This document shows, piece after piece, positions 33,680-47,595 of a stretch of DNA of 64,000 nucleotides. The notes beneath the pieces are model-generated. The model was not told where the DNA came from. It saw only the letters and a program-made list of their open reading frames with translations, and did no database searches. The position numbers were made by a program, and so were the translations under genes. Source of the stretch: Cystobasidiomycetes sp. EMM_F5 (taxonomy: Eukaryota); NCBI GenBank assembly GCA_051047955.1, contig JBPGPT010000002.1, forward strand, positions 1,054,001 through 1,118,000. The letters are read 5' to 3'. Every line of letters begins with the position of its first letter. Position 1 is the stretch's first letter.

Positions 33680-36600
33680 TCATGGCAGGCGCTCGTTCGG
33701 AGGTCTGGCAAACATTGACGAAGGCACTTTCAGTAATGAGCTGTTGCCAAAGAGCGAGGCGAGCATCCGCACCTCCATTTCGTTCCTAGAGCAGCGAAAA
33801 TCTCTTCTTCAGTACGAGCTGCAAGATCACAAGATGGCGCTCAATCAAGAATACACCCAAACCTTTGGGTCATGCGCCTCTCACAAGCTATGCGGGATCC
33901 AGCAGTCTTCTTTTCGCCAGTCTGTTTGTCCCGCCAGACATCCTTGAATAGACCTGTGTGTCACCCGTCTTAGCAGAACACTTTCATTCTTTGGTATGTG
34001 ACTAGCCTCTTTGATTCAACGAATACCCAAGATGCCGAGCTTTCAGTCGGAGGGAGCGATTGAAGATGTCATTTCCGGTAAAGTAGATGAGAGCAGCACC
34101 GAGCTCATCGAACGGCACGCCCAGAATATCGATCCTACGCATTTTCCCGCCAAGTCCAACGAGTAAACCCATCCACTTGGCGTCTAGACTACGCCAGTCA
34201 TCGGGATTCGACAAAGTGTAGCGAATGACACCTTGCGAGAACAAAGTCTCAACCAGTCGCTGCACCAGACCGGAATGGTCTTTCCCATCGGTTGTTGTAT
34301 CGCGCGTTACCAGGATATCGATATCTCCACAGTCAGATTGTCCTGGACGATCAATCGTCAGCTCGTCGACAGTCTGTACATAGGCCCATGCAGATGAAAT
34401 ACAGACTCACCGCGTCTGAACGATCCCATACACTCAACAATAAGGTAAGGGTCAATAGACACAGCTGTACGGATCTCTCAGCCTTGGCAATGTCCGCTAG
34501 TTACTCTACACACCAGCATTCTTGATGCGTTTGAAGTGTCGCTCAACTTCAGAACGGAGCATACGCTCCTGAAGGTCCTCGTAGTACTGTAATCCGAGCT
34601 TTTGTGCTGGCGTCAAGGTAATGCCAAACCTCTGCGCAGTCTCACAGTCCTGCAGAGTCCGCACGCCGGCATGGTACATCTCTGCAGCGCGGGATGGACC
34701 AACGCCGTAGATGCCGGTAAGCAGCGCTTCCACCCTATCCTTCTCCGTCTTTGCTTCAAGGTGCGTCGATTTACCAGTCTGAATGATTTCCATGAGCTTC
34801 ACTGCCGTCTTTTCACCTATGCCATGTAATTTCCTTGCATCTTCAAGCGTGTCAATCTTTCTTCCTACGTTCCGTAAAGCGCCAGCAGCCGTGCGATACC
34901 CTTTGACTCGCCACCATGCACCCTGCAACTTGCTCTTCTCGTAGTATGCAGCCAACTGGTCAAACACGACAGCAACATGCTCATTTGGCCCTTCCCGCTG
35001 TGCACCCATGGCATTGGACGAATCGCATCTATACTTGCTGCCAGACACGCGCTTTTGCTTTGATGTGTCTGACGTGTCAGGTAATCGAGAGGCAGAATAC
35101 GTGAGACGTGCTTACCTGCTTAAAAGCAGCAGTTGCACTTTGCTTGTCCTTTTCTTGCTGTTCCAGAAAAGCCGCCTCCTCGTCCGTCGGACAGTCATCA
35201 GAGTCAATCGGATCCGGCCGAAGAGAAGGTAGTACATAGTCGACTTTGCCAGTTGCATTGTAAAGCGAATCGACATCGCCTTCCTCTGTGACGCCTTGAG
35301 CGTGCCCATCCGCTTGCGAACGCTCGTCGTCGTCATCGTCGTCCTCCAGCAAAGTATCGAGACCACCTCGGGCCATGTCTACCTCGACGGCGATGTCTTC
35401 GAAAGACATTGGTGTCTCGTTAGAGGCGGGCAGATGCAAGCGCAGTAGCTGACTGTTTGTCGGCATCTTGTCCGATTCATTTTGCGGCCTGTGCAATCGA
35501 AGCGGACATGACGTTATTGCACCGGCTCAGCGGGGGTGCGAAACCACATATAGACGATGCAAGTACACTCACGTAGATTCTTGTGATTCCCCCGGCATTT
35601 GGAAATTGACGAGTTCAACGTCTCTCGACATGACTGTTCCAATGGACGCGGTAGATCGACTTGCATTACGAAGCATTGCCGACTTTTTCCTCTTCTTGTC
35701 GCCCTCGCACTGCACGAGGTGTGCCATCTCTGCCACTTTGCGAGCGGTACCTGTGAGGGCTGGCTGCTTTGCACACTCGATGACCCACGACTTCTTGACG
35801 ACCCATACTGGGCGATTCGCTCCAGATGTCCCTGCTGCCGTCTCTGCGCCGACCAGGTCCTCTTCGTTCTCCAGCGCAAGCAAACGCAAGACGTCTCTAA
35901 ATTTCGGCTCGGGAAAACTGTCCGACCAGTAGAGAATAACGTGGGTCGTATGTTGTATGGCATCTGCTTGATTTGCGTTAACGACAATGTCTTTTGAAGG
36001 CAGCGAAGGGAGTAAGAGGGCATCCTGAATTTGACCGCCCATTCTGACGACATTTGCCATGAGGATTGCCATCTGTTTTACGAGCGACTTTTCAGGAGTT
36101 ACAAAGAGTGCTCTCACACCAGACAGAGGAGCAGGCGGCTTGAAGTACTGCAAAAACTGCAGATCCGCAGGAGGACTTGTTGCCAGATGGCGGGCGAAGA
36201 TGGGGGGAGTGGAGAAGCGCTTTGCAAAGTCTTTCAATGTCCATGGTGCCACTGCCGGCTTTGCAGCCTTCTGCTTCCCTCGCTTCTTGCTAGCATTGCC
36301 CGTGTCTTTCGTTCCGCCATCACTGGAAGATACAGATGTGTCTGTTACGGATGGTTTGCTGATGTTGTAGAGTGATGCTTTGGTTGCATTTTCTCTCACT
36401 TCCAGTAGAGAGGGTTGAGCATTTGCAGAGGTATTGCATGAGTAGTCTATAGTATTTGTGCTCGTCTCGTTGAGCGACATGTCGATGCGTGCTCGCTTCC
36501 GGGCTGCTTCACCGGACGTCGGCTGTTGATGCTCTATATTTGCGTGAATTTGGCTGCCGACTATATCACGCAACGATGAACGAGCTGCCGGTGCGTTATG

Positions 36601-36870
36601 CTGTAACGTAGCCCGCTTGGCCTGGATTTCGGCCAGTTGCTTATGTGTTCCTGGAGACAATCCACTTCAGCCAATTAATCCAACTCGGCCAAGGACTAGC
36701 TCACTCTTCAGTATCAGCTCTTCCAGTTTAGACAAGTCTTCATCATCTTCATCGTCCTCGGTCTCGCTGTCGCTTCCAGAACTAGCACCCTCATAGATTG
36801 CCCGGAGTGTCTCAGCTGAAGCCGCTGCTCTTGCGAGAATTTCCTCGCTGGATGGCTTAGTCCACGACAT
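33680..36870 (-). CDS. POL4: Family X DNA polymerase (Pol lambda/Pol4-like) with N-terminal BRCT; includes a GC-AG intron at 33954-34006
   Basis: BRCT (THVILY...WVIEC), 8-kDa lyase domain (PNEH...GIGEKTA), GIYGVGP, MGSFRRG|QSDCGDIDIL, RRIDIL, ALIYFTGNDIFNRSLR and EEEIFAALG...PPNER. Confidence 0.93.
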
Positions 36871-37073
36871 TTCTGCGCCATCAGATGTACTTGTGCAGCA
36901 GTCTGGGCACCTTTCCACAGACGGTTGGCTCAAAACACACCTTCACCGGGATTGGCCGCAGCGTCGCCACTAAATAGACCCCTGTAAATTCCTGATTGAC
37001 GGCTTGACTCTGCTGCAAATCGCAGACGATATCTACATTCTGATTGCAAGTCTGACTGCTGCTCAGCGCCGAC

Positions 37074-38019
37074 ATGGGCAACACATCGTCGTCCCCAGTC
37101 ACGGCCTCGCGGTCACCGTCGATGCCGGCAGACCATCCTCGAGTTGGGAGCACCTCAGCAGCTGCACCCCCGGCAGGCTGTCCGATGCACGAGCCAGCAT
37201 CGCAGTCTGCTGCCAGTGATATGCTCAACCCACTCAACAACATCCCGCAGCTCCCGCAGTCTCCTCTTTCCCCGGCGCAAAAGACTGCGCTATCGCTCGA
37301 ACGGACATACTCGTCGATTCCCCGCACATCAGGCGATGGTACTCAAAAAGGCAGCGCGTCTGCATGTCCGGTCCCGCACGGTGATGCAAAGGGCAAGGGA
37401 AGAGCGGTAGAGAGCAGCGACAGCGGCGATACCGGCTCAAATTGGGTGTACCCGTCACCTCAGCAGTTCTACAACGCACTCATGCGCAAGGGAAAGGATA
37501 CGCCAGAGGAGAGTGTCGATATGATGGTCCAGATTCACAACTTTTTGAACGAAAAGGCCTGGGACGAGATTCGAAGATGGGAAGACCGCAGGTCGCCAAA
37601 TGAGCGACTCGAACTGTCCAAATTCGAGGGGAGACCAGAGCAGCTCAGTCCAAAGGCTCGCTATCACTTATTCTTGGGCAGTCTCTTTCCACAATTCTAC
37701 AAGTGAGTCAGTGATGGTCACGTACGTTTTCATCCATGCTCATCTTGTACGCAGCACCACACCTCCGTTTGACAGGCACGACTGGCACGTCAGGAGGGCA
37801 AACGACGGAACTTCGCAACGCTACGTCATCGACTATTATTCATGTCCAGACGATGAGAATGGCATGCCCGTCTTCTCGCTCGACGTCCGACCTGCAGTCG
37901 ACACACCGGGAGCGGTGTTTGAACGCGTCTCGGAGTGGGCTAGGGTGAAGAAGGAGGCATGGTCATCTCCACAGAGTAGCCAGCCGCCTCTCGGCGGACA
38001 ACGGACTGGTCAAAATTAG
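37074..38019 (+). CDS. Holocytochrome c/c1 synthase (heme lyase, Cyc3/Cyt2 family)
   Basis: CP heme-regulatory motifs GCPM and ACPV; WVYPSPQQFYNALMRKG, HNFLNEKAW, PFDRHDW, RYVIDYY and LDVRPA. Confidence 0.95.
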
Positions 38020-38218
38020 ACGATTCCTATAGTACCACACATAATCATCCCTTCTTGCATTTTACCCTACTAGAAGCAGACATAACCATTCCTTCTTGCA
38101 GTTCAGGTAACTGTTGTTGCCATCACGACTCTCATGACAGTGTTCATACATTAAGCCTTGTTGTAATATACGACAAATCGCGCAATCCCACTCCATATGA
38201 CTTGCTCAAGGTGCTACA

Positions 38219-39851
<1,633 letters not shown>

Positions 39852-40107
39852 AGCCCTTGAGCGAGGAAACAGATTCTGGAACCGTGCAAACAGCTTGAAC
39901 AGTGGCCGGGAACAGAGATTGTTGCGAAAAGAAACAGATGGACGCAAAGCTATGACGGCAGAACTGACACCAACTCTACGACATCGCTGAACGAAAACAC
40001 AACAGCGCGGACTAGGTATCACAGACACACATGTAGTACTGCTCGTTGACTACGCCGCCGTTGGAAGCGTATGCACCCGTCCACTCTGAGCTCAGTCTTT
40101 CTCTCCT

Positions 40108-41209
40108 TCACGCGAAAGCTCCGTTGACGCGACTGGAGCAGGACCATCAGAAGCAGCTTGCGACTCGGAGCATTCCTCTCACATGTTCTGTCCCGACACC
40201 CAGCGTGCCTGCTCTGATGCCAGATAGACAATAACGTCTGCGATCTCATCAGGCTGGCCCAGACGGCCCTGATTCGCGTAATGTTTCAATAAAGTGTTGA
40301 CAAACTCGTTAAGGCCATTTAGGTAACTTACAAACGGAGAAAACTGCTTTGCGGCTTCGACGGCTGGAGCAGGACTCTGGCTGAGGAATAGCTGCGTCTC
40401 CACGGGACCAGGCGAGACTGTATTGACGCGAATCCCTTTAGCTCCAAGATCTTTTGCCAGGATTCGAGAGATTTGCTCGATTGCACCCTTGTTGCTGGCA
40501 TAAGTGATGTACTGTGGTCTGACGGCGGTGGCTGCTGTCACCGAAGTAGACAGGAAGATGACGCCGCCGATTCCTGCCTGCAGGTGCCTGGGATCGAGAC
40601 GCTTAAGTGGGATTGTACCTAAACAATATGCAGAGGAAGCGTACGGTATGGCAGCTTTAGCCAGGAAGAATGGTCCCTTGACGTTGAGCTTGTAGTGCAA
40701 GTCGAAGAGAGCTTCGTCTGTGTCTGCAATGGGCGCCAGCTTCATGATTCCAGCATTATTTACGAGGAGAGTCAATCCGCCTGTCATGCTTAGCAGAGTC
40801 AGCGGTACCGAAGTACTACGAGGATGGTTTATGATTAGGCACCAAAAGCGGAGACGACATCGGCAACCAGCTTTGCGCATTCATCGACGTTTCCCAGATC
40901 TGCCTTGAAGGCCTGAGCTTTGGCCGACGTTGTCGACTGTATCTCCTTGACGGCCTCTTCGGCGTCCTGTGCTCCCGACGAGTAGTTTACAGCAATGGCC
41001 TCCCAGCCCGCCTTTGCGAGAGCCAGCTGGAGCGTTCCGTTCAATATGATCTCAGCAAACTGATGTATCCCAGTGTGTCAGCGCAGTGATATCCTGACTG
41101 ACAGCGGTTGCCCGACCAATGCCTGACAACGAGACCCTCAGTCTCATCCTGCAGTCCCCATTAAACCCAACTCACCGCGAGAGCTCCCAGTGACCAATGC
41201 GACCTTCAT
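40108..41209 (-). CDS. Classical short-chain dehydrogenase/reductase
   Basis: KVALVTGSSRGIGRA, LVNNAG, YASNKGA (YxxxK), IRVNTVSPGP, GRLGQPDEIA and WVSGQNIRVNG. Confidence 0.92.
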
Positions 41210-41383
41210 TGTTGTTCTAGCAGTTGGTCCAAAAGAGAGCAGCTCCCATCAGGCGGGTTGACCACATGCTCGGTCACGGCGGTAAGGGCGGTTTGATCCG
41301 GCGATAAGGATTGGGCGTCAGCTTCCTTTCGAATGGATGAGCAAGGTCGCAGCTGCGTGTACGATAATATGGCTCGCTGAAAC

Positions 41384-42308
41384 ATGGCGCCCATACGATT
41401 TAATGACCGGCGATGCGTAACCGTCTACATCCAGGCTCACGGCGAGACTGCCCCGGCCAACAGCGACGCGAGCAATTGGAACTCGCTGCTTCGATGGCAT
41501 CGCAGGAAACGGGGACCGCAGTGGGACTACTCGACGGCAATGTGGGTGGCAGGAGAGTATTGTTAAAGTGCACGGCTGATGGATGGGACGCCTTGACGGG
41601 TGTTCGCAGGTACCATGTTGACCAAGGGTCTCCGGAATACTTTGGCGGTGTGGAGCCCCTGCCAAAAGAGTATGGCTCTCATTCCCTGGAAACCCTACAC
41701 TGCTGACTTGTTATTCCATCAGAACCGTAAAGATAGAAGACGACAAGCCAGAGTCGCCCGAACGACCTCTGACCCGCAAAGCTGAAAAGGCAAAGGAGCA
41801 GAACCAGCAGGAGAGAATACATACGAACGAGTCGGATGTATCGGGCGCACATAAGTCTGCGCCGCAGAGGCAGCCCAGAGCTATGTCTCAGTCTGATCTG
41901 GGCAACGTGCTGCCGAATTACAACATCAACAGACAGGCGACGCAACAGCAACCGCAACTGCAGCCAATACCTGTGCAGGTCCAGCAGAGGCAGGCGGACA
42001 ACATGTACAGCAGCGTCCGGCAAGACTTGCCGCAGATGCCGACTGGCCAAGGGATTCCTGCGCAAATGCCAGCATTATACGGACAGCAAATGTATAATTT
42101 GACTAGCAATCCGGTCCAGGCCCAGGCTAGGTATCCAGGATCCATCGCACCTCCTCCTGCGCAGATGCAACAGAGGCTTCAGACGCAGCCGCAGATGCAG
42201 CAGTACATGCCAAATCAAGGTGGAAATATCCCATATCAGCCACACTATCCAGACGCTTCATCGTATCAAGGCAGTCCGGAGAGCCGGGCGACGGCCTCGT
42301 TCAGTTAG
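41384..42308 (+). CDS. Hypothetical protein, small N-terminal domain plus Gln/Pro-rich C-terminus (3 exons)
   Basis: Two canonical introns join MAPIRF...RKRGPQWDYSTAM|YHVDQGSPEY...|...MSQSDLG...QQQPQLQP into one open frame. Confidence 0.65.
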
Positions 42309-42539
42309 ACTATGCTTGGAGTACGCTATATCTTTCTGTTTGCTTGGCCCTAAATTCTGCTCATCCTAAGAGATGCGGACACCTAGTCCGCGCATCGTAT
42401 TTATACAGCAGATACAGCAGTAGTGAATGTCGTTGTCATATTAGGACTATCAGGCTGTAGAGGCCAAAACTTGTCGCAATATCGTTATTCTCTCGACCCC
42501 TACCTTGTCTTCTAAACAATCTGCCAACTTCTGTAAAAT

Positions 42540-45267
42540 ATGCAAGTCCCGCCGCCGCCGCCTCCAGAGGACGACGACGTGTCAGGGTATGCTAAATGCT
42601 AGCTATTCGAATGTCCTGAAGCTCGCAAACTGACCACTCGAATCTAGGCAAATTACCGTATTACCGCCAGGTTGGGCAGAGTATACGGGGCCAAACGGGC
42701 AGCCTTACTATTTCCAAGCCAGTACAGGCGTATCGACATATGAGCGGCCTCCAGCTCAGTCAAATGCCCCGCCTCCGCCTCCGGCTGGCTTTCAAGGTTC
42801 ATACGATAATACCCCTTCAAATCCGCAACCAGTAGCCTCTGGTTCTGGCAATGCGAATGCAGCAGATACTGGTGAAGTCAATGGCTTAAAGGAGAAGAAG
42901 AAGAAGAAGGAGAAACCAGTGGAAAAGCTGCCTATTCCTGGTACGCCATGGCTACGAATAACGACAAATCAAGGCAACGTCTTCTACACCAATACAGAGA
43001 CGAAGACTTCAGTGTGGACCGTGCCAGATGAGATCAAGGATGCCGTTGACGCACTTCAGACTGGCCGTAATGGTCAAATCGACACGGCTAAGCAGCAAGA
43101 AGCTACGTTGAAAGCTCAAGCGGAGGCGGCACGCTTATTGCAAGAAAAAGAAGAGGAGATGCAGAGATTGCGGGAGGAGCTGGAACGAGAGAGGGAAGCA
43201 AGTAGGAAACGTAAAGCGGAGGAAGAGGAGCAGGAAGAGAAAACACAGCAAGCGAATACAAGTACTAAGCGAGCAAAGGTGGAAGACGAGCCAGGCGACG
43301 ACAATGACCCTGAGCAGGATGAAGAAGGAAACAGTGATGAAGAGGAAAAGGATGCGCCCCTCGAGGACTGGCAGCTGGAGGAACTGCAAAAGAAGGCAGA
43401 AATGGAGGCAGATCTGCAGGAGCCAGTCGCAACACTGCCGGATATTCAACTGTCCAGCGAAGAGAGCATAGCTTTATTCAAGGTAAGGCTTAAACCTCCG
43501 GATCCTGTCGGAACTCATGCTGAATAGTCTCTTCGCAGACTATGCTGGCGGAGAAGGATATAAACCCAATGAGGCCGTGGGATACGGAGCTGCCCAAATT
43601 CATCAACGATCCTCGCTACAAGTGTACGTGGCGTTGATGCAAATCCGCTCTCCGGCCAAAGGTTACTGATTGACGCATCTTCCGCCAGCTGTCAAGATGC
43701 TGCGTGAAAGGCGTGACCTGTTCGATGAGCACTGTAAACAAATTGTGCGTGAGAGGCGCGCACAAAAGGCTGCCTCGGCAAAAGAAAAGGCAGATGTAGG
43801 GATATAATATCCTTTCTGCACGAAGTTCAATGCTGATGATATTCCTAAAACAGCCTGCATCAGCATATCGGGCTTTACTCATTGCCGAAGTTACGTCGAC
43901 GCGGACGCACTGGGAAGACTTCCGCAAGAAGCACAAGAAAGATGCACGTTTTCGTGATTTTGGCAGAGATGATCGTGAGCGGGAGAAGGCGTTCAGGACT
44001 TGGCTGAAGGATTTAGGCGAAAGTAAGTCGATGCTTTCCGTAAGCTTGACGGGACACTGACAGACGTACGCCATAGTCAAGCGTGCCAGCGCTGAAAAGG
44101 CGGAAGAACAGTTCCGACAGATGTTGTCGGAGCAAGTCATCCCAGAGGATGCTGTTTGGTCCAATGTCAGTAGAATGGTCGCGTGTTCGCTGGCGATCTC
44201 ATCTGATAGATCTATCACAGGTGAAAGGAAAGATGACATCCGATCCGCGATACAACGGAGTCGCTTCCTCCTCACAGCGTGAGGATATTTTCAAAAAGTA
44301 CATGTCGAGCCGTACGAAAGTTTCCAACGGCCACACCAGCAACGAGAATGCGGACGAAGCCAAACGTTCCGCGGATGAAGATCGCAAAGCGCGACAGGCA
44401 GCCTCGTTGCGTGAGCGAGAAGAGAAAGTGAGAAAAGATCGAGCGGTGCTCGACAGAGTCGCAGGTCGAGGCAAAGAGGAGGCTGCAAGAGAGGAATCTC
44501 ATCGAGAATACCTGAACCTGCTAATCGACGCCGTCAGAGATCCTGACGTGGGTCCATGCTGGGCTGTTCACATCGCTTTATACTGATTCATAGATCACAC
44601 AGGCACGATGGTCCGACATGCTGTCAAGCTTCGAGCGCGATCCGCGATTTGTACGCTCACACTTGTCGACGAGCGAGAAGCGGCGCCTGTTTGATGACCA
44701 CCTCGATTCAATCCACAAGAAACGTATCGATGCTCTTGAAGGGTTGTTTGCGATGTACTCGCCTACATTACAGACAGATTTCGAAGACGTCTATGCAAGC
44801 ATATCTGCAAACCCCATTGTTACGCGACTAGACATCTCTGCCGACCGCGTCAGGCGATATTATAATGACTGGTCATCGAGGCGCTACGATCAAGCAAGGA
44901 AGGATTTCGAAGCCATGTTGTCGGAAAGTAACTTTGTGGAATATTGGGGTCGCTTGAAGCAGGAGAGTGCTAGCAAAGCAGACGACCGTGCAAGAGAAGC
45001 TTTGGCAGCTGATACTGAAGGAGATGTGGATGAGCAAGAAGGGCCCGACCTGAGGCAGATGGCTGCACAGATCGACCTGAAGCAGCTTCAAGCAGTTCTG
45101 AAGGTTGGCCATACTGCATTGTACATGACTTCGGCTGACTGGCATAACTCTACTAGCACGACAAGCGATATACTACCTTCGACTACGACCCTCCAAAACG
45201 GGAACAATGGATCAGAGAGCATGTAGAGGGACTGTCTCGCCCGAAACAGACTGTTCACCAACAGTGA
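42540..45267 (+). CDS. WW/FF-domain transcription elongation/splicing factor (TCERG1/CA150-like)
   Basis: WW1 LPPGWAEY...YYF...STYERP and WW2 IPGTPW...FYTN...SVWTVP; repeated FF motifs (FKTMLAE...PW...DPRY...LFDE). Confidence 0.88.
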
Positions 45268-45285
45268 AGGAAAGGACTGGAAAGA

Positions 45286-46583
45286 TCAAAGCAAGCCAGG
45301 AATGACAATCTTTCTCTGCTTGGGGAATTCTTTCCCAAATTTCTCCTTGTACCACCGATGACCTTTTATTGCACGTGGCATCATGGCTGCAGGAGCAAAG
45401 TCAGGAGATACTCAGAGGTTACCACTTCTGTAAGAACTTGGAGGCACTCACTGAAGACCAAGACCGCCACAAATAGGAAGGGCGGCGAACCGTATGTGCT
45501 CAAAGTCCTCAGAGATTCTGGCAAAACCGCCGGAAGTGCAAAGGTATGGCCTATAACACGGGCGACCTCGGCTGAAACTCCAGGTAAAGCTGTTTGAGGC
45601 GAAGGTGGAGCGGGAGAATGGCTACACGCTGCGACAGCGAAACCAAACCACTCCACCCATTCGCAGAAGTAGGATGGAAAAGATATCCCGCCGAACGGGA
45701 AGGAGTACAGCCACCCATATGGAATTGAATATCTTGGCCTCGGCTTGCCATCCTTTCTAGGTCGTCGCAAGCTGTACAGGATTTCATCGTGGAGAATGTT
45801 TCCTGCAAATCCAGTCGCCCACAAACCTAACCCTACCCAAAAGAGCGTGCTATGGACAGCCGCCTGAGGAACAGCTCCACTCTGTGAGGTTAGCGGTGAG
45901 GTTCGTCCACCGAGCCATGCACCCATCAGGTAGCCATTGCAAATGTTGAAAATAAAAGCTTTGTCGGGACTATCATGTCAGATCGTTGTGGAACGTCTTC
46001 GTGCGGAGGGAAGCGGCTCACATATGAGCGGAATCAGGAGATGAGCCTGAGCCCGTGCAGTTGGCATTCGCAGGCAAGATATGGTCGACCGGTTGATGTC
46101 TGCGTCGAGGTGGAGACGATTATTGAATCGTAAGCCAGAGGCAGCCAATACGAATATGGAACGCGTACAATGAAAGACGTAGCACGCTGCCAGTATCTTC
46201 GTGGGAGTAGTCAAGCTCTCGATCTTGCTCAAGTCAGCACCTTTCCAAATATTCCATGACGTCGGCCGGTCATCGAGCAGTGGTCCCAGTAATGCGGCGA
46301 TGAAAGTTATCGGACTCCCGACCTCCATGAGAAACTGGGCACATGGGTCAGCTCAATGGCGCTACAATGGAATTGATGTACCCACCCATGATATCCTGCC
46401 ATCCACGTTGAAGAGGGACTTTACGGTAAATCGTCCAAAGGGTGCATCCACAAAGTATGCACAGGGTCCGATGGGGAGCCACAGCAGAAACAGCTTTCGG
46501 ATAGCATGGAATTGTGTCGCGGACCCGCGTGTACCCGAGAGCTGGTCGATGAAGAAGTGCAGGCTCTTTGGAAGCATCGACAT
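45286..46583 (-). CDS. 3-oxo-5-alpha-steroid 4-dehydrogenase-like (steroid 5-alpha reductase family)
   Basis: APFGRF, WFLME, HYINRS, FNICNG, NILHDEIL..LR, YSIPYGWLY, PSYFCEWVEWFG and PRA...HRWY.EKF...FPKQRKIVIP. Confidence 0.9.
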
Positions 46584-46962
46584 TGTTGTGAATTTGTAGC
46601 AAAGGCAAGCAGGACAGCGCAAAGACCGTAAGTAATATGGGCATTCAGAATGCGACACGCGCGTATACGATCATGTCGTTGTCCTGCGTGCTTGCTATCT
46701 GTCTGAACGTATCGTACAAGCCGTTGCATGCATGTCTATGCTAGTATTACCAACATGGGATTTAGTGACTGAAAAACTGGAATGCGAGGTTTGAAGGTTA
46801 GATTGCAGATAGCGAGTACTCGCTTCGAGAATGCGGGCTTGGACGTGAACCCCGGACATGCAGCGTTGCCATCTAAGATTATGGTACAAGTAACGGCGTC
46901 CATCCGCTGCGTAGGGCCATGCAGCTACTGAGTCTCGGATTGGAGGATCGCATAATGTCCTG

Positions 46963-47444
46963 CTAGTCTTCGAAGCGGAGGTCTGACCTCTTGGGTGCTG
47001 TGAAAGACTTCCGTCAGTTACGTTGACGCTTTCAGAAACGTCCACTTGCAAATCATTGGGTGCAATTGAGCGAGGTAGACGATAGCCCACCTGCAGCGTC
47101 ACAGATTCACAGTCAGTACATTAAGATCCCCGCACGCGCATCGCTGGCAGAGTGCTCTCCAAGGAGCGACCATTTGCATTTGCTGCTCAACAGCCGATAT
47201 TGCAACGATGATGGTTTGGCTGAATATGGAATCTTACAACTCACATGAGCGTACAGCATGTGATGGTAAGGTATATGCTCGTTTGCACGACTCTGGACCC
47301 ATGTTTGCCGTCAGTGGGATCCAGGTTTGCACTGCCAGCTGGCGCAACTCACATCTGGTTCTCGCCTTTTGGCACAAACCGTGAAGACCCAAAAGCGATA
47401 CCGCCCATGATGACCATGACCAGCGGAATCGTCAAGTTTGCCAT
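46963..47444 (-). CDS. VMA9: V-ATPase V0 subunit e, 71 aa, exons 47444-47353, 47292-47245, 47090-47050, 46997-46963 (absent from the ORF track)
   Basis: Spliced product MANLTIPLVMVIMGGIAFGSSRFVPKGENQIVVQTSIYLTITCCTLMWAIVYLAQLHPMISPKRSDLRFED carries the family motif PKG.NQ...CC.LMWAI.YLAQLHP.I.P. The last intron has a GCAAGT donor. Confidence 0.92.
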
Positions 47445-47595
47445 GGTTTGTGATGCAGATGGTCTGCTTGGACCCCCGTCAAGAGTTGCAGGCCGACGGG
47501 CAAAGACCAAGCTGGGCAATCGCAGTCGTAAGTGAATGCAGAATTAGAGCAATGATGCCGTTTACGCTACAATACATCTCAAATGGAGATGTGGA

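Noticed and set aside
32984..33947. Plus-strand ORFs of 179 and 144 aa
   Set aside because: Antisense to NCS2 and Pol X exons, with no motifs.
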